From positions 1 through 50,639 of the IMG/VR virus record IMGVR_UViG_3300037424_002715: a DNA stretch of 50,639 bases; one strand, given 5' to 3'. Positions within the stretch are counted from its first letter, which is position 1; each line of letters starts with the position of its first letter. Source of the stretch: a virus. Lineage: Duplodnaviria > Caudoviricetes. Of the stretch, positions 7,069 through 15,922 are shown in pieces. The notes below the pieces were generated by a model. The model searched no databases, was not told the DNA's origin, and saw only the letters and a list, made by a program, of their open reading frames with translations. The position numbers were made by a program, and so were the translations under genes.

Positions 7069-8602
7069 TTTTAGTTCTTTAGGAAAACACGGTCGGTTAG
7101 GAAATCAATTATTCCAGATTGCCTCCACGTTCGGAATGGCGGAGAAATATGGGGCCAGGGCTGTTTTTCCAAGTTGGAGTTATGCTCAGTATTTCGAGAA
7201 TTATCTGCCCACTGGCCGCATGGCATCCACCCGCATCGAAGAAAAGCACTTCCATCACCACGAATGGAATTTGACAGGTGATACCGATCTGCATGGGTAT
7301 TTACAGAGCCCGGCCTACTTCGGAGTGCAAAGACTACGGCTGAAACAGGCTTTTGTGGAAGATATGAAGTCCCGTTTGAACATCTGGGATAAACACACCA
7401 TTTGTCTGCAGGTTCGAAGAGGTGATTATGTCGGAAACGAGAATTATTATCAGGTTCCCATCACCTATTACATCCAGGCACTGAACAAACACTTTCCCGG
7501 ATGGCAACAGTCTAATATCCTGGTGATCAGCGATGACATTGAATACTGCAAGGTCCACTTTGAGTGTCTACCTAATGTGACTTTCGCGCAAGGAAACACA
7601 GATATCGAAGAAATGGCTCTGGCTTCCAATTGCGACGACTTCATCATCAGCAACTCCACATTCGGCTGGTGGACTGCCTGGTTCGGATGTCATGACCCAA
7701 GCAAATACCAGTTTGAGAGAACAGTCATTTATCCAGGGAGAATGTTTACTGGAAAACTGGCTCATTTTGAAACACGCGATTACTGGCCCATACAATGGTT
7801 CCCCTTTTCCATGGATGACCTGCAGCTTGATCTGCGCGATGTGACTTTCACTATGCCAGTGTCCTTCGACCATGAACATCGCAGGCGTAATCTTGGGTTG
7901 AGTCTGTGCATGCTGCAAAAGGATCTCAAGTCCAATCACATCATCTGTGAACAGGGTGGAAACAAGTTTGCAGACATGAAACAATTCGCCAGATATATCC
8001 AGTTGGGAGCGAATATCTTCCACCGCACAAAAATGTTGAATATGATGGCACAAATGGCCGAAACGCCCTATATTGTGAACTGGGACGTAGATGTAATTAT
8101 CTCCCCTGTGCAATTATGGGCAGCTGCCAATTTGCTTCGGAAGGGCATCGATGTAGTCTATCCCTTCGATGGAAAATTTGCACGCATCCCGCGTAATGAC
8201 TGGTTCCAGAAGATCCAGAAATACCTGGATATTGGTGTCGTTGGAAAGACTCCCTTCAAAGGTAGGGAACCTGGTCATATGTCTTCAGGCGGAGCCGTCA
8301 TGTTCAATAAACGATGTTTCGTGGAAGGTGGTATGGAGAACCAGAACATGATCTCCTTTGGTCCCGAGGACTGGGAACGGCACAACCGTTTCAAAACCCT
8401 TGGATATTCCATTGGACGCGTGGGAGGAGCCCTCTTTCATCTCGATCACTTTGTTGGACCTAATTCCAGCAGCGCCAATCCCCATTTCCGTGCCAATACT
8501 GCGGAATATGAGAAGGTCAATAAAATGACCCCGGACCAATTGAGAGCCTATATTGCCACCTGGCCGTGGCCCAAGGAAAAAATCCATGAGAATATTCTAT
8601 GA
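7058..8602 (+). CDS. GT11 alpha-1,2-fucosyltransferase-like domain fused to a GT2/GT7C-like domain
   Basis: GRLGNQLFQ, QVRRGDY and ISNSTFGWW (GT11); WDVDV and GG..ENMISFGPEDWER (GT-A/GT7C); TTG start with AAGGAG RBS. Confidence 0.85.
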   Translation: MIISFSSLGKHGRLGNQLFQIASTFGMAEKYGARAVFPSWSYAQYFENYLPTGRMASTRIEEKHFHHHEWNLTGDTDLHGYLQSPAYFGVQRLRLKQAFVEDMKSRLNIWDKHTICLQVRRGDYVGNENYYQVPITYYIQALNKHFPGWQQSNILVISDDIEYCKVHFECLPNVTFAQGNTDIEEMALASNCDDFIISNSTFGWWTAWFGCHDPSKYQFERTVIYPGRMFTGKLAHFETRDYWPIQWFPFSMDDLQLDLRDVTFTMPVSFDHEHRRRNLGLSLCMLQKDLKSNHIICEQGGNKFADMKQFARYIQLGANIFHRTKMLNMMAQMAETPYIVNWDVDVIISPVQLWAAANLLRKGIDVVYPFDGKFARIPRNDWFQKIQKYLDIGVVGKTPFKGREPGHMSSGGAVMFNKRCFVEGGMENQNMISFGPEDWERHNRFKTLGYSIGRVGGALFHLDHFVGPNSSSANPHFRANTAEYEKVNKMTPDQLRAYIATWPWPKEKIHENIL

Positions 8603-9143
8603 TTTCGAAATGACCGGTTTGCACCAGAAAACCACACCTATCTCTCTGGGCATGGTCACGGAAGAGGGGCAGCAGTTCTATGCTGAGTTTATAGACTACG
8701 ATAAGGAACAAATTACACCCTGGGTTCAAGAGAATGTGATCAACCAACTGGTATTGATCCCCAATCCACCTGATATGAGCACGGCCTGGGGAAAATTCCT
8801 AGGCCCCAGTTCCAAATTCACAATGGTTGGCTATCATCAGGCAATTGCCAATATGGTCGCAGAATGGTTGAAACAATTCAACTTCGTGGAAATGTGGGGA
8901 GATGTTCAACCCTACGACTGGATGCTTTTCTGCGAACTATTCCCCATCCCCAATAATGACACGGCAGAACGCCTGCCCGGAAATGTCTATTACATCCCCT
9001 TCGACCTTGCCACCCTGATGAAGATCAAGGGAGTGGACCCTGATATTTCCCGCGAAGAATTTTCAGGGATCAAAGGCAAACACAATGCCCTTCGAGACGC
9101 CTTTATGATCATGGCCTGCTACGACAAATTGAGGCATTTGTAA
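8586..9143 (+). CDS. DEDDh 3'-5' exonuclease (Rv2179c/DUF5051-like)
   Basis: RIFYDFEMTGL, ISLGMV, YDWMLF, HNALRDA. Confidence 0.8.
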   Translation: MRIFYDFEMTGLHQKTTPISLGMVTEEGQQFYAEFIDYDKEQITPWVQENVINQLVLIPNPPDMSTAWGKFLGPSSKFTMVGYHQAIANMVAEWLKQFNFVEMWGDVQPYDWMLFCELFPIPNNDTAERLPGNVYYIPFDLATLMKIKGVDPDISREEFSGIKGKHNALRDAFMIMACYDKLRHL

Positions 9144-9154
9144 CAATCTGAATA

Positions 9155-9183
9155 TTCTCAAAACCCGGGAACGGGTGTATAGT
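9155..9183 (+). promoter_or_regulatory. Putative sigma70-type promoter
   Basis: TTCTCA-17 bp-TATAGT, intergenic, upstream of 9204. Confidence 0.4.
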
Positions 9184-9203
9184 GCTGCGAAAGGAAAACC
9201 TGC

Positions 9204-10052
9204 ATGAATCTCGGTGTGATCATCCAAGCCAATGGAACAACCGCGGAAGATCTGCGGAAAATCGCTCAATATCGTCCTGCGCATGTCATCCTGGACGTGC
9301 AAACAAATGATGATCTCAGAATAGTCGATCTATTCTCCAAGTTGGAGATTTCAACATTTCTGATGCTGACACCTGGCGTCCTCCGGCCTGAGATCATGAC
9401 CCTGACGGCTGCTACTGCTTTTCAGCTTCTTGGAAATGGACGGCTCTATCTCAAGACCCATTATGGAGCCAACGAAAAGCTGTTTGAAGAGATTCGCCTG
9501 TTCTTCAATCAATTGAGCCAGGAGAAACTGGCGGAGGAAGTCTTTTTGACAGCTCCTGCCAGTCACTTTTTCAATATGGAATCGATTACTACAAAAACCT
9601 TTCGTGTCAGCCGAGCCGTTGGACTGGCTACTCATCCAAGTTACCGGATCAGCAATTCCATTGACTCGTTGAGCATTTTCAACAATAAAGCCTTTTTGCA
9701 GGTACTGCATACGGATGAACAGGCAGAGTTCGATATCCAGATCCTGCCGCCCATTGCAGAAACGTTCGAAGTTGTTACATCCTGGAACAGACCCACTCAT
9801 ATCTGGTCACTGCGTTCCTTTATTTCCTTCAAAGAAAGTGTTCAGTTCCAGATGCCCATTCTGGCAATCTGCAAGATCGTGCGGGACCGGACTTCCGCCT
9901 GGGAGGATCAGACCTGTACTCTTCGAGCAGTACGGAAACTGAACGTGGGTGACCCGGATCTGGAAATCGTGGAATTCCTCAAGGGGAATGTCGGCAAAAC
10001 CCTGGATGGAGATTATGTATATCTCCCCAGTTTTGACATGAAAAGGTTGTAA
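9204..10052 (+). CDS. Hypothetical protein
   Basis: 282-aa ORF with AAGGA RBS; no motif recognised. Confidence 0.7.
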   Translation: MNLGVIIQANGTTAEDLRKIAQYRPAHVILDVQTNDDLRIVDLFSKLEISTFLMLTPGVLRPEIMTLTAATAFQLLGNGRLYLKTHYGANEKLFEEIRLFFNQLSQEKLAEEVFLTAPASHFFNMESITTKTFRVSRAVGLATHPSYRISNSIDSLSIFNNKAFLQVLHTDEQAEFDIQILPPIAETFEVVTSWNRPTHIWSLRSFISFKESVQFQMPILAICKIVRDRTSAWEDQTCTLRAVRKLNVGDPDLEIVEFLKGNVGKTLDGDYVYLPSFDMKRL

Positions 10053-10097
10053 CCTTTTCATGGGTCACAAGTCATGCTTTTAGTGAAAGGAGTCTAT

Positions 10098-10772
10098 ATG
10101 AACCGTTTTAGCAATTCCCGTATTAGCAATATGTTCCAGTCTGGCTTACGTCAGCGCGGCCTGATGTTCGGAGGGCTTATTTTGATAGGACTGGCCTCCT
10201 TCGAATGTTGGAATTACATTTCCACTCAACATGCCCTCCTGGACATCCTGGGAGAATTGAAATTCGCCGGAATCCGTGCAGCCAGTCTTTTGGGTTTCGC
10301 TTTCTGTGCAATCGACTTCGCAGGGATTGCCCGCATCTTTACCCCCGAAAAAGGACATGAAGAGCCCACCGAGGTCTGGTATCTATTTGGCGCATGGCTC
10401 CTGGCAGCCATATTCGATGCCACTCTTACTTATTGGACTGTAAAGATCTCCATTCTTTCCGATCCTACCAAGAGTATCATACTGGCACAAACTCCCAAGA
10501 TGGTTGAAACTGTTTCCATTGGGATTGCCGCAATCGATCTGATTATCCGCGTCCTGTTGATCAATACCTTTGCAATTGCTGGAGAACGTCTCTTCTCCAA
10601 TGCAGAGGATCCGCTTCAACCGCGTGTTCCACACCCCGCCCAACCCACCATCCGGCCTGCATATACTCCGGGATCCCCGCAGCGTCCCATGCCACGCCAG
10701 ACCCCCTTGTCTTCCGTTGCCTATCCACTGCCCAAACAGAGTGACTACAACGAACACAATCGGAGTCGATAA
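10098..10772 (+). CDS. 4-TM membrane protein with Pro-rich tail
   Basis: AAGGAG RBS; four hydrophobic helices; FCAIDFAGIARIFTPE...EVWYLFGAWLLAA resembles a protein recalled from Anaerolineales genomes (unverified). Confidence 0.75.
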   Translation: MNRFSNSRISNMFQSGLRQRGLMFGGLILIGLASFECWNYISTQHALLDILGELKFAGIRAASLLGFAFCAIDFAGIARIFTPEKGHEEPTEVWYLFGAWLLAAIFDATLTYWTVKISILSDPTKSIILAQTPKMVETVSIGIAAIDLIIRVLLINTFAIAGERLFSNAEDPLQPRVPHPAQPTIRPAYTPGSPQRPMPRQTPLSSVAYPLPKQSDYNEHNRSR

Positions 10773-11105
10773 ATGGCTAATGCAACTCCAGGCAGATTTA
10801 TCTTTGTCAATGGAGAGGTTCCCGAAGGAATAACCACCAGGGATTTCGATCGGGAAAACCTGGTCAAGAACATGGTTTCCTATGGATTGAAACCCGTTTT
10901 TGTGGAAGGGGACGACAAGGCAATCTGGGTACATTTTCTGCCCATCGATGTGGAAACGTTCGAGAAACTGTTGTATTCCAACGCAGATCCACTCATCCCC
11001 CTTTCGCGCATTGCATATGCCGACGAATGGTGGAGAAACCTGATTGTCAGCTGGAAATCCATGAAGCGGTATCTCGATAACACCGCATCCAAACATGCCG
11101 TATAA
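10773..11105 (+). CDS. Hypothetical protein directly upstream of terL
   Basis: Abuts the upstream stop and overlaps the terL start. Confidence 0.65.
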   Translation: MANATPGRFIFVNGEVPEGITTRDFDRENLVKNMVSYGLKPVFVEGDDKAIWVHFLPIDVETFEKLLYSNADPLIPLSRIAYADEWWRNLIVSWKSMKRYLDNTASKHAV

Positions 11106-13755
11106 ACTCCATACCATGACAGAGGCCGAGCTAGAGATCCTGGCTCGGTCTGCTGAGGAACCAAATATATTCTTCGATTACTGGTTCAAAAAACCAGGTC
11201 TAAGCAAAGGGTGGCAATTGGATTACAACTTCGTGGACGATCAAAAATGGCAGGAAACCATGTGCATGGCAGAACAGAGTTTCATTGTTGCCATCTGCGG
11301 AATTTGCTGTGCCGACATTGATAGCCGAGTCTATGATGCTGAGTTAGAAAAGTACATCAGCTTTAGAGAACTGTTAGAAACAAAACGTGCTCCTATTGTG
11401 TTGGCTCGAGGCTTGAGTGGGTGGGTAAAGCAAAAAGCAACTCTACCATTCAAAAAAGGCAGAGCTGCTTCTGTGAAAGTCACGTTTTCAGATGGAAATT
11501 CAGTTACTGTTTCTAAAGACCATCGTTTTCTAACCCCCAACCGAGGCTTTGTACGTACTCGCGATCTAATGCCTGGAGATTTCTTAGTCGCTCCTTGTAC
11601 TTTGCCTGGTTCTTCCTCCAATGGTAAAGAATATGTTCCCCATTGTTTGGAAAGAGGAGAAGATTGTCAGGATCATTGTTCTTCCCGTTCTCATCCTCGT
11701 GATGTACAACTTCTTCATCCCGAAGGAATCTCCCGATCTTCTTCTCCATTACAAGACGATGTTCAGCAACCCAACCATTCGCCTTCTTTCTTCCACGATA
11801 CCCTTTTGGAGCAGGAACAAATATATAAGCATCATCTTTCCGTTCATTATAAAGACCATCTACAAAAGCAGCCGTTCTCTCACCTTTTGCGCCACGATGT
11901 AAATTTCTCTGTGCATTACGGGAGATTAGCCAGCGTCGTATCTGCTCAGGATCAGCATCCAAAACAAGAGCATCTGCAATCCGTTGACAACTCCATTCTA
12001 AAAGGCCTAAATGGAGAAGTATCGGAGCATATTGATCAAGTTTCGAACCTTTTTTCTTCCGGCGAGTTGGATCAAATTCAATATGCCATCGATGCTTTTT
12101 CATTAGATAAGAAAGGGCTTGTTGAGTTACGCCAAGATACTGAGCAACTGCCGTTAGAGTTCCGAATTGGTCAACAAGTTCTTGAAGTCGTTCCTGATCC
12201 ATATTTTTCTCCTTGTGGTAATAATAGTAATTATTATACACCTTTCATAACAAGTATTGAGGATGTTGGAGAAATTGATGTGTATGATCTCCATGTTCCA
12301 AATTACGAAAACTATGTAATGGAAGGTGTTGTGAGCCACAACACAGGAAAAACTTTGGGAGTGGTTATGGGTGGTGCTTATCATTCCACAATGACCCGTT
12401 CCTTCCGCTTTCTAAATATTGCTTCGCAAAGCTGGCAGTCAGGATTGATGCACTCCGTCCTTCTGGAACAAGCCAAGGACACCCCTTTTGAGAAACTGAT
12501 CGTCTCCAGTCCAACCCGTCCCTATCACAAGATAGTCATCTCCTTCAAAATAGGTGATTACATTCACGAGTCTTCGATGCAGTTTCTGTCCACCGGAGAA
12601 AAGGGTGATGCCACCAATATTATGTCATTTCGTGGTGATTGGATCAATATCGAGGAAGCGGGACTGATCGAGAACCTGAATGAGATCGTGGGAAACCTGG
12701 CAACCCGTCTGACTGGTGTTTCCGCAGAAGGACGTGAGCTGCTGGCACGCATGTCGCTCATTTCCAACCCCTGGGACAATATTGAACTCTGGCAATTGTA
12801 TGACATGGCGCTGGCCGACAAGGAAGATGGACTGGTATTCAACATCGACACGGCTGGCAATAAAAATGCCACTCCCAGACAGGTCAAGCTGGCTCTCAAG
12901 CGTATTCCAGAGGACCAACACGACAAGTTCATGACCGGCAAACGTCCGCAGGGACGCGGGGATTACTTCTCCGGCCCCGATGTGGAAGCCTGTGAAAGTC
13001 AGGCTTTGACTGAAATCGCCATTGCCGGAGTCAAGGCACGCAAGCCAGGTTATATCATCAAGGACAATCCCATTCTGGGCGTATGGCATTATCAGGTGCC
13101 GCGCGTGGATGGAAGATTGTATATGGTGATTGGAGATCCGGGCACAGGTGCACCACCGGCCCGTAACGCTCCCACGATTGCTGTCTTCGACGTGACCGAA
13201 TCGCCCAAATACATGCCAATGGTTGCCTTCTGGTGGGGAACCGGCAATGCCAAAATCCTGCCTTTCTACACACAAGTGTTATACTGGGCAAACTTCTATA
13301 AAGCCATGGAGGTATTTATAGATAATACAGGTACACAGAAACACGCCGCAGAACTTGCCAATATCCATTATGTGCAGGAACTGAGGGAAATGGGCTTGAG
13401 CAGTGTCCAAGGATTGAGCTTTGCATCCACTCTCAAAACCACCTATTTGAAGGCGTTACAGATTACAATAGAGTCCGAAGTTCGTCCATTACAGTGGCCC
13501 AAGTTTCTTTTCAAGTCTGTTTCCGCTCAAACCAAGAACTATGATTATGAACGTGATAAATCGACTAATTCAAAGCTGGCACAGGACTGTGTTGCGGTTC
13601 TGGCTATGTTTGCGTTCGCTGTTCGTGCGTGGAGCCGTAAGCACCATAAAGCAGACAGTAAAGAAGATGAACAGCACGGCGATCCGCCTGGCCGGGATCG
13701 GAGAGACGATTCTCGCTCACGAACGTATGGAAGAGACCCACGTCGAGCGGGATAG
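11095..13755 (+). CDS. terL: Terminase large subunit containing a 345-aa intein (mature ~541 aa)
   Basis: Spliced Walker A GIC/TGKT, Walker B WINIEEAG, motif III ISNP, nuclease acidic residues VIGDPG, FIDNTG, QDCV; upstream of portal. Confidence 0.9.
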   Translation: MPYKLHTMTEAELEILARSAEEPNIFFDYWFKKPGLSKGWQLDYNFVDDQKWQETMCMAEQSFIVAICGICCADIDSRVYDAELEKYISFRELLETKRAPIVLARGLSGWVKQKATLPFKKGRAASVKVTFSDGNSVTVSKDHRFLTPNRGFVRTRDLMPGDFLVAPCTLPGSSSNGKEYVPHCLERGEDCQDHCSSRSHPRDVQLLHPEGISRSSSPLQDDVQQPNHSPSFFHDTLLEQEQIYKHHLSVHYKDHLQKQPFSHLLRHDVNFSVHYGRLASVVSAQDQHPKQEHLQSVDNSILKGLNGEVSEHIDQVSNLFSSGELDQIQYAIDAFSLDKKGLVELRQDTEQLPLEFRIGQQVLEVVPDPYFSPCGNNSNYYTPFITSIEDVGEIDVYDLHVPNYENYVMEGVVSHNTGKTLGVVMGGAYHSTMTRSFRFLNIASQSWQSGLMHSVLLEQAKDTPFEKLIVSSPTRPYHKIVISFKIGDYIHESSMQFLSTGEKGDATNIMSFRGDWINIEEAGLIENLNEIVGNLATRLTGVSAEGRELLARMSLISNPWDNIELWQLYDMALADKEDGLVFNIDTAGNKNATPRQVKLALKRIPEDQHDKFMTGKRPQGRGDYFSGPDVEACESQALTEIAIAGVKARKPGYIIKDNPILGVWHYQVPRVDGRLYMVIGDPGTGAPPARNAPTIAVFDVTESPKYMPMVAFWWGTGNAKILPFYTQVLYWANFYKAMEVFIDNTGTQKHAAELANIHYVQELREMGLSSVQGLSFASTLKTTYLKALQITIESEVRPLQWPKFLFKSVSAQTKNYDYERDKSTNSKLAQDCVAVLAMFAFAVRAWSRKHHKADSKEDEQHGDPPGRDRRDDSRSRTYGRDPRRAG
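11308..12342 (+). mobile_element. Intein inserted in the terminase Walker A motif
   Basis: Block A CADIDSRVY; block B VTVSKDHRFLT; blocks F/G VYDLHVPNYENYVMEGVVSHN/T. Confidence 0.95.
11513..12202 (-). CDS. HNH endonuclease with N-terminal HTH, encoded antisense inside the intein
   Basis: WVAEHRLVMEKKIGRFLRDEEVVHHEDENGKNNDPDNLLL..H..H; HTH-like TLTAVAQYLGVTQQALS; AAGGAG 6 nt before ATG 12202; TATAAT at 12233-12238 (minus). Confidence 0.9.
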   Translation of the reverse strand: MDQERLQELVDQFGTLTAVAQYLGVTQQALSYLMKKHRWHIEFDPTRRKKKGSKLDQYAPILLHLGLLEWSCQRIADALVLDADPEQIRRWLISRNAQRNLHRGAKGERTAAFVDGLYNERKDDAYIFVPAPKGYRGRKKANGWVAEHRLVMEKKIGRFLRDEEVVHHEDENGKNNDPDNLLLFPNNGEHILYHWRKNQAKYKERLRNLQALDREYVQSLGWGLENDGL

Positions 13756-13807
13756 GATCCGCAAAACTAACCGTGAAGAACGGGCAGATACCAGATAGGA
13801 GAGATAC

Positions 13808-14152
13808 ATGAATAGCGATCTTGCCAAACGAATGATGGAAATCATCGCTAATATCGAGCATATGAAGGAACCGGAACTCAAAGGATTGAAACCCGAAGAC
13901 AAGGGACGTGCCCTGGGTGTTCATCAGGGCACAACAACTCTGGCCGCCCAGTTCAAAGCGCTGCTGGAAGAGGAACCCAGGAAGCCCTTGATATCAGGAG
14001 CACGCGTGCGCGTGAACAATGGTCCCTATATGACCATGACTGGAACCTTTATGGGATTGGAATCAACACTCTTCGGGCCACAAGCAGAAGTGGTATTAGG
14101 CGGAATGGATCTGCCCATATTGATCGATCAGAAGTATTTGGATGTGTTATAA
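13808..14152 (+). CDS. Hypothetical protein with C-terminal KOW/SH3-like segment
   Basis: AGGAG RBS; GARVRVNNGPYMTMTGTF. Confidence 0.7.
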   Translation: MNSDLAKRMMEIIANIEHMKEPELKGLKPEDKGRALGVHQGTTTLAAQFKALLEEEPRKPLISGARVRVNNGPYMTMTGTFMGLESTLFGPQAEVVLGGMDLPILIDQKYLDVL

Positions 14153-14208
14153 CCTTACAGTTCCGTTGAGAAGTCCCATTCTCCAAGTTGGAAAGCCACC
14201 TATCAATA

Positions 14209-14237
14209 TTGCAATTCTGTAACATATACGTTATTAT
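14209..14237 (+). promoter_or_regulatory. Putative sigma70-type promoter for the head genes
   Basis: TTGCAA-17 bp-TATTAT; a palindrome copy (14181-14193) lies 15 bp upstream. Confidence 0.45.
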
Positions 14238-14320
14238 AGTATCCAGCAATCAGAGAAAGCAGAGTAGACCAGTATAAAAATGGGCCATGCTCTGTCTTTT
14301 TTTATCCCAACGGTTGCTTC

Positions 14321-15874
14321 ATGTTGCCTTCCATTCAGAACCTGTTCACAAAAATCACAAATTCAATCGCACCTTTCGCACTGGAAAATCTCCAGGCAGA
14401 AGGTTTTCCGCTTCAACTTTATAATGAGCAGGCTTCACGCTATGCTGTTTTCGAGGAATGGTACAAGGGCAAACCACTGGAAATCATTATCATAGACAAA
14501 GCTACGGGGAAACCGATCGAGAAGTATCCAATCAAAATCAATCCCATCAAAGGAACCTGTCAGAAACACGCAGCACGTGTCATTGGACAGAATGTGGACT
14601 CCATTCGTTTCGGAGGACTTCCTTTTCAACTTGTTCCGGATGTGGAGAAAGCCAAAAAGAAACAGGCCAAAGTTGTGGAAGACGCCCTGCGAACCATCTT
14701 CTCGGACAACAGCTTTGGATCATCCTTTCTTTCCACCTGCATCCGTGCCCAATATTTGGGTGGTGCTATCATAAAAATGAAGTGGATCCCGGACGAGAAG
14801 ACCATCGAAATATCCACCCCAAAACCTGCTGAGTTTGTTGGATTTCCAGATGGTGCAAATGAATACCGTCTACGGGAAGCCTGGATGGTCAAAGAGATCA
14901 CTCAGGCAGAAGCAGAAGCCCTGGGATACATCAAACAAACCTTCGAAGACAAGTTCTGGTATATCGAGCATTGGACCAAGCAGGATTACAAGATCCAGGT
15001 CAACAATCAGGTTCTGACCTTCGAGGATGGGGCAAAACAACAGGGAGAAAACCCCTTCAAACTGGTTCCCATCGTATACATTCCCCATATTCGCGTGGAC
15101 TCCTTCCTGGGAGATTCCATCATCACAGAAACCGTCAAGGGAGTCATCAAGGAACTCAATTTACGTTGGGCGGATATTGGGGATGCTGTTTCCGCCGATT
15201 CCCATGACTATGTAGCTGTGGCAAATGTATCTGGTGGGATTTCCACTATCAACGTGGGCGACAATCGACCGGTATTGGATCTTGGACAAACATCCGGTAT
15301 CGGTTCCAATGCAGAACCAAAAATGTGGGCTGTCGGAACCAAGTCCGCCTCCGAAAGCATGCTCAAATTCGTGGATGACCTGTACGGCGTATATCGGCGC
15401 GAAGTCAATCATCCTGCCGTGGCAGATGGTGAGGACGAAGGCTCCCAACGCAGTTCACTGACCCTGGCCACCCGTATGGCTCCGCTGGTCGATGAAGCGG
15501 AATTCGAGCGGTTGTTCTGGACAGTGGGAATGACCGAAGTTGCCAGAATTATTCTTACGATTTGTAATATCAAAAATTTACACAATATCACAGAGGAGTT
15601 GATCAAGACTCCCTTGTACGCTCAATGGCAGCCCATGTTGCCCAGGGATCGTGAAGCCATGTCCACCGAAGCAGCAGTACGTTCCAAGAACAAAATCACA
15701 TCCCGCAAGAAACTCAACCAGATGTATGGAGATGTCGCAGATGTCGATGAGGACATGGAGCAGATCAAGGATGAAGCTGAACTGGATCAGGTAGCTTCAC
15801 CCTTTGGTGCCAAACCGGGAGCTGCGGGTGTGCAACCAAACAATCCCAAACAACAACCTCAGAAATCACAGTGA
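14321..15874 (+). CDS. Portal protein (SPP1 gp6-like)
   Basis: Position after terL; 517 aa; WYKG near N-terminus, ENPFKLVPIVYIPH, SSLTLATRMAPL, acidic C-terminus. Confidence 0.85.
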   Translation: MLPSIQNLFTKITNSIAPFALENLQAEGFPLQLYNEQASRYAVFEEWYKGKPLEIIIIDKATGKPIEKYPIKINPIKGTCQKHAARVIGQNVDSIRFGGLPFQLVPDVEKAKKKQAKVVEDALRTIFSDNSFGSSFLSTCIRAQYLGGAIIKMKWIPDEKTIEISTPKPAEFVGFPDGANEYRLREAWMVKEITQAEAEALGYIKQTFEDKFWYIEHWTKQDYKIQVNNQVLTFEDGAKQQGENPFKLVPIVYIPHIRVDSFLGDSIITETVKGVIKELNLRWADIGDAVSADSHDYVAVANVSGGISTINVGDNRPVLDLGQTSGIGSNAEPKMWAVGTKSASESMLKFVDDLYGVYRREVNHPAVADGEDEGSQRSSLTLATRMAPLVDEAEFERLFWTVGMTEVARIILTICNIKNLHNITEELIKTPLYAQWQPMLPRDREAMSTEAAVRSKNKITSRKKLNQMYGDVADVDEDMEQIKDEAELDQVASPFGAKPGAAGVQPNNPKQQPQKSQ

Positions 15875-15922
15875 CAGGAAATCACTGATGACTAACCTTT
15901 ATAGTGATACAGGAGATAGAAG

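Noticed and set aside
11590-12240. In-frame endonuclease or novel domain in the + strand intein interior
   Set aside because: No LAGLIDADG/HNH motif and atypical composition; explained as the antisense read of the minus-strand HNH gene.
14280-14495. 71-aa ORF overlapping the portal start
   Set aside because: Out-of-frame overlap with the portal gene; no supporting motif.
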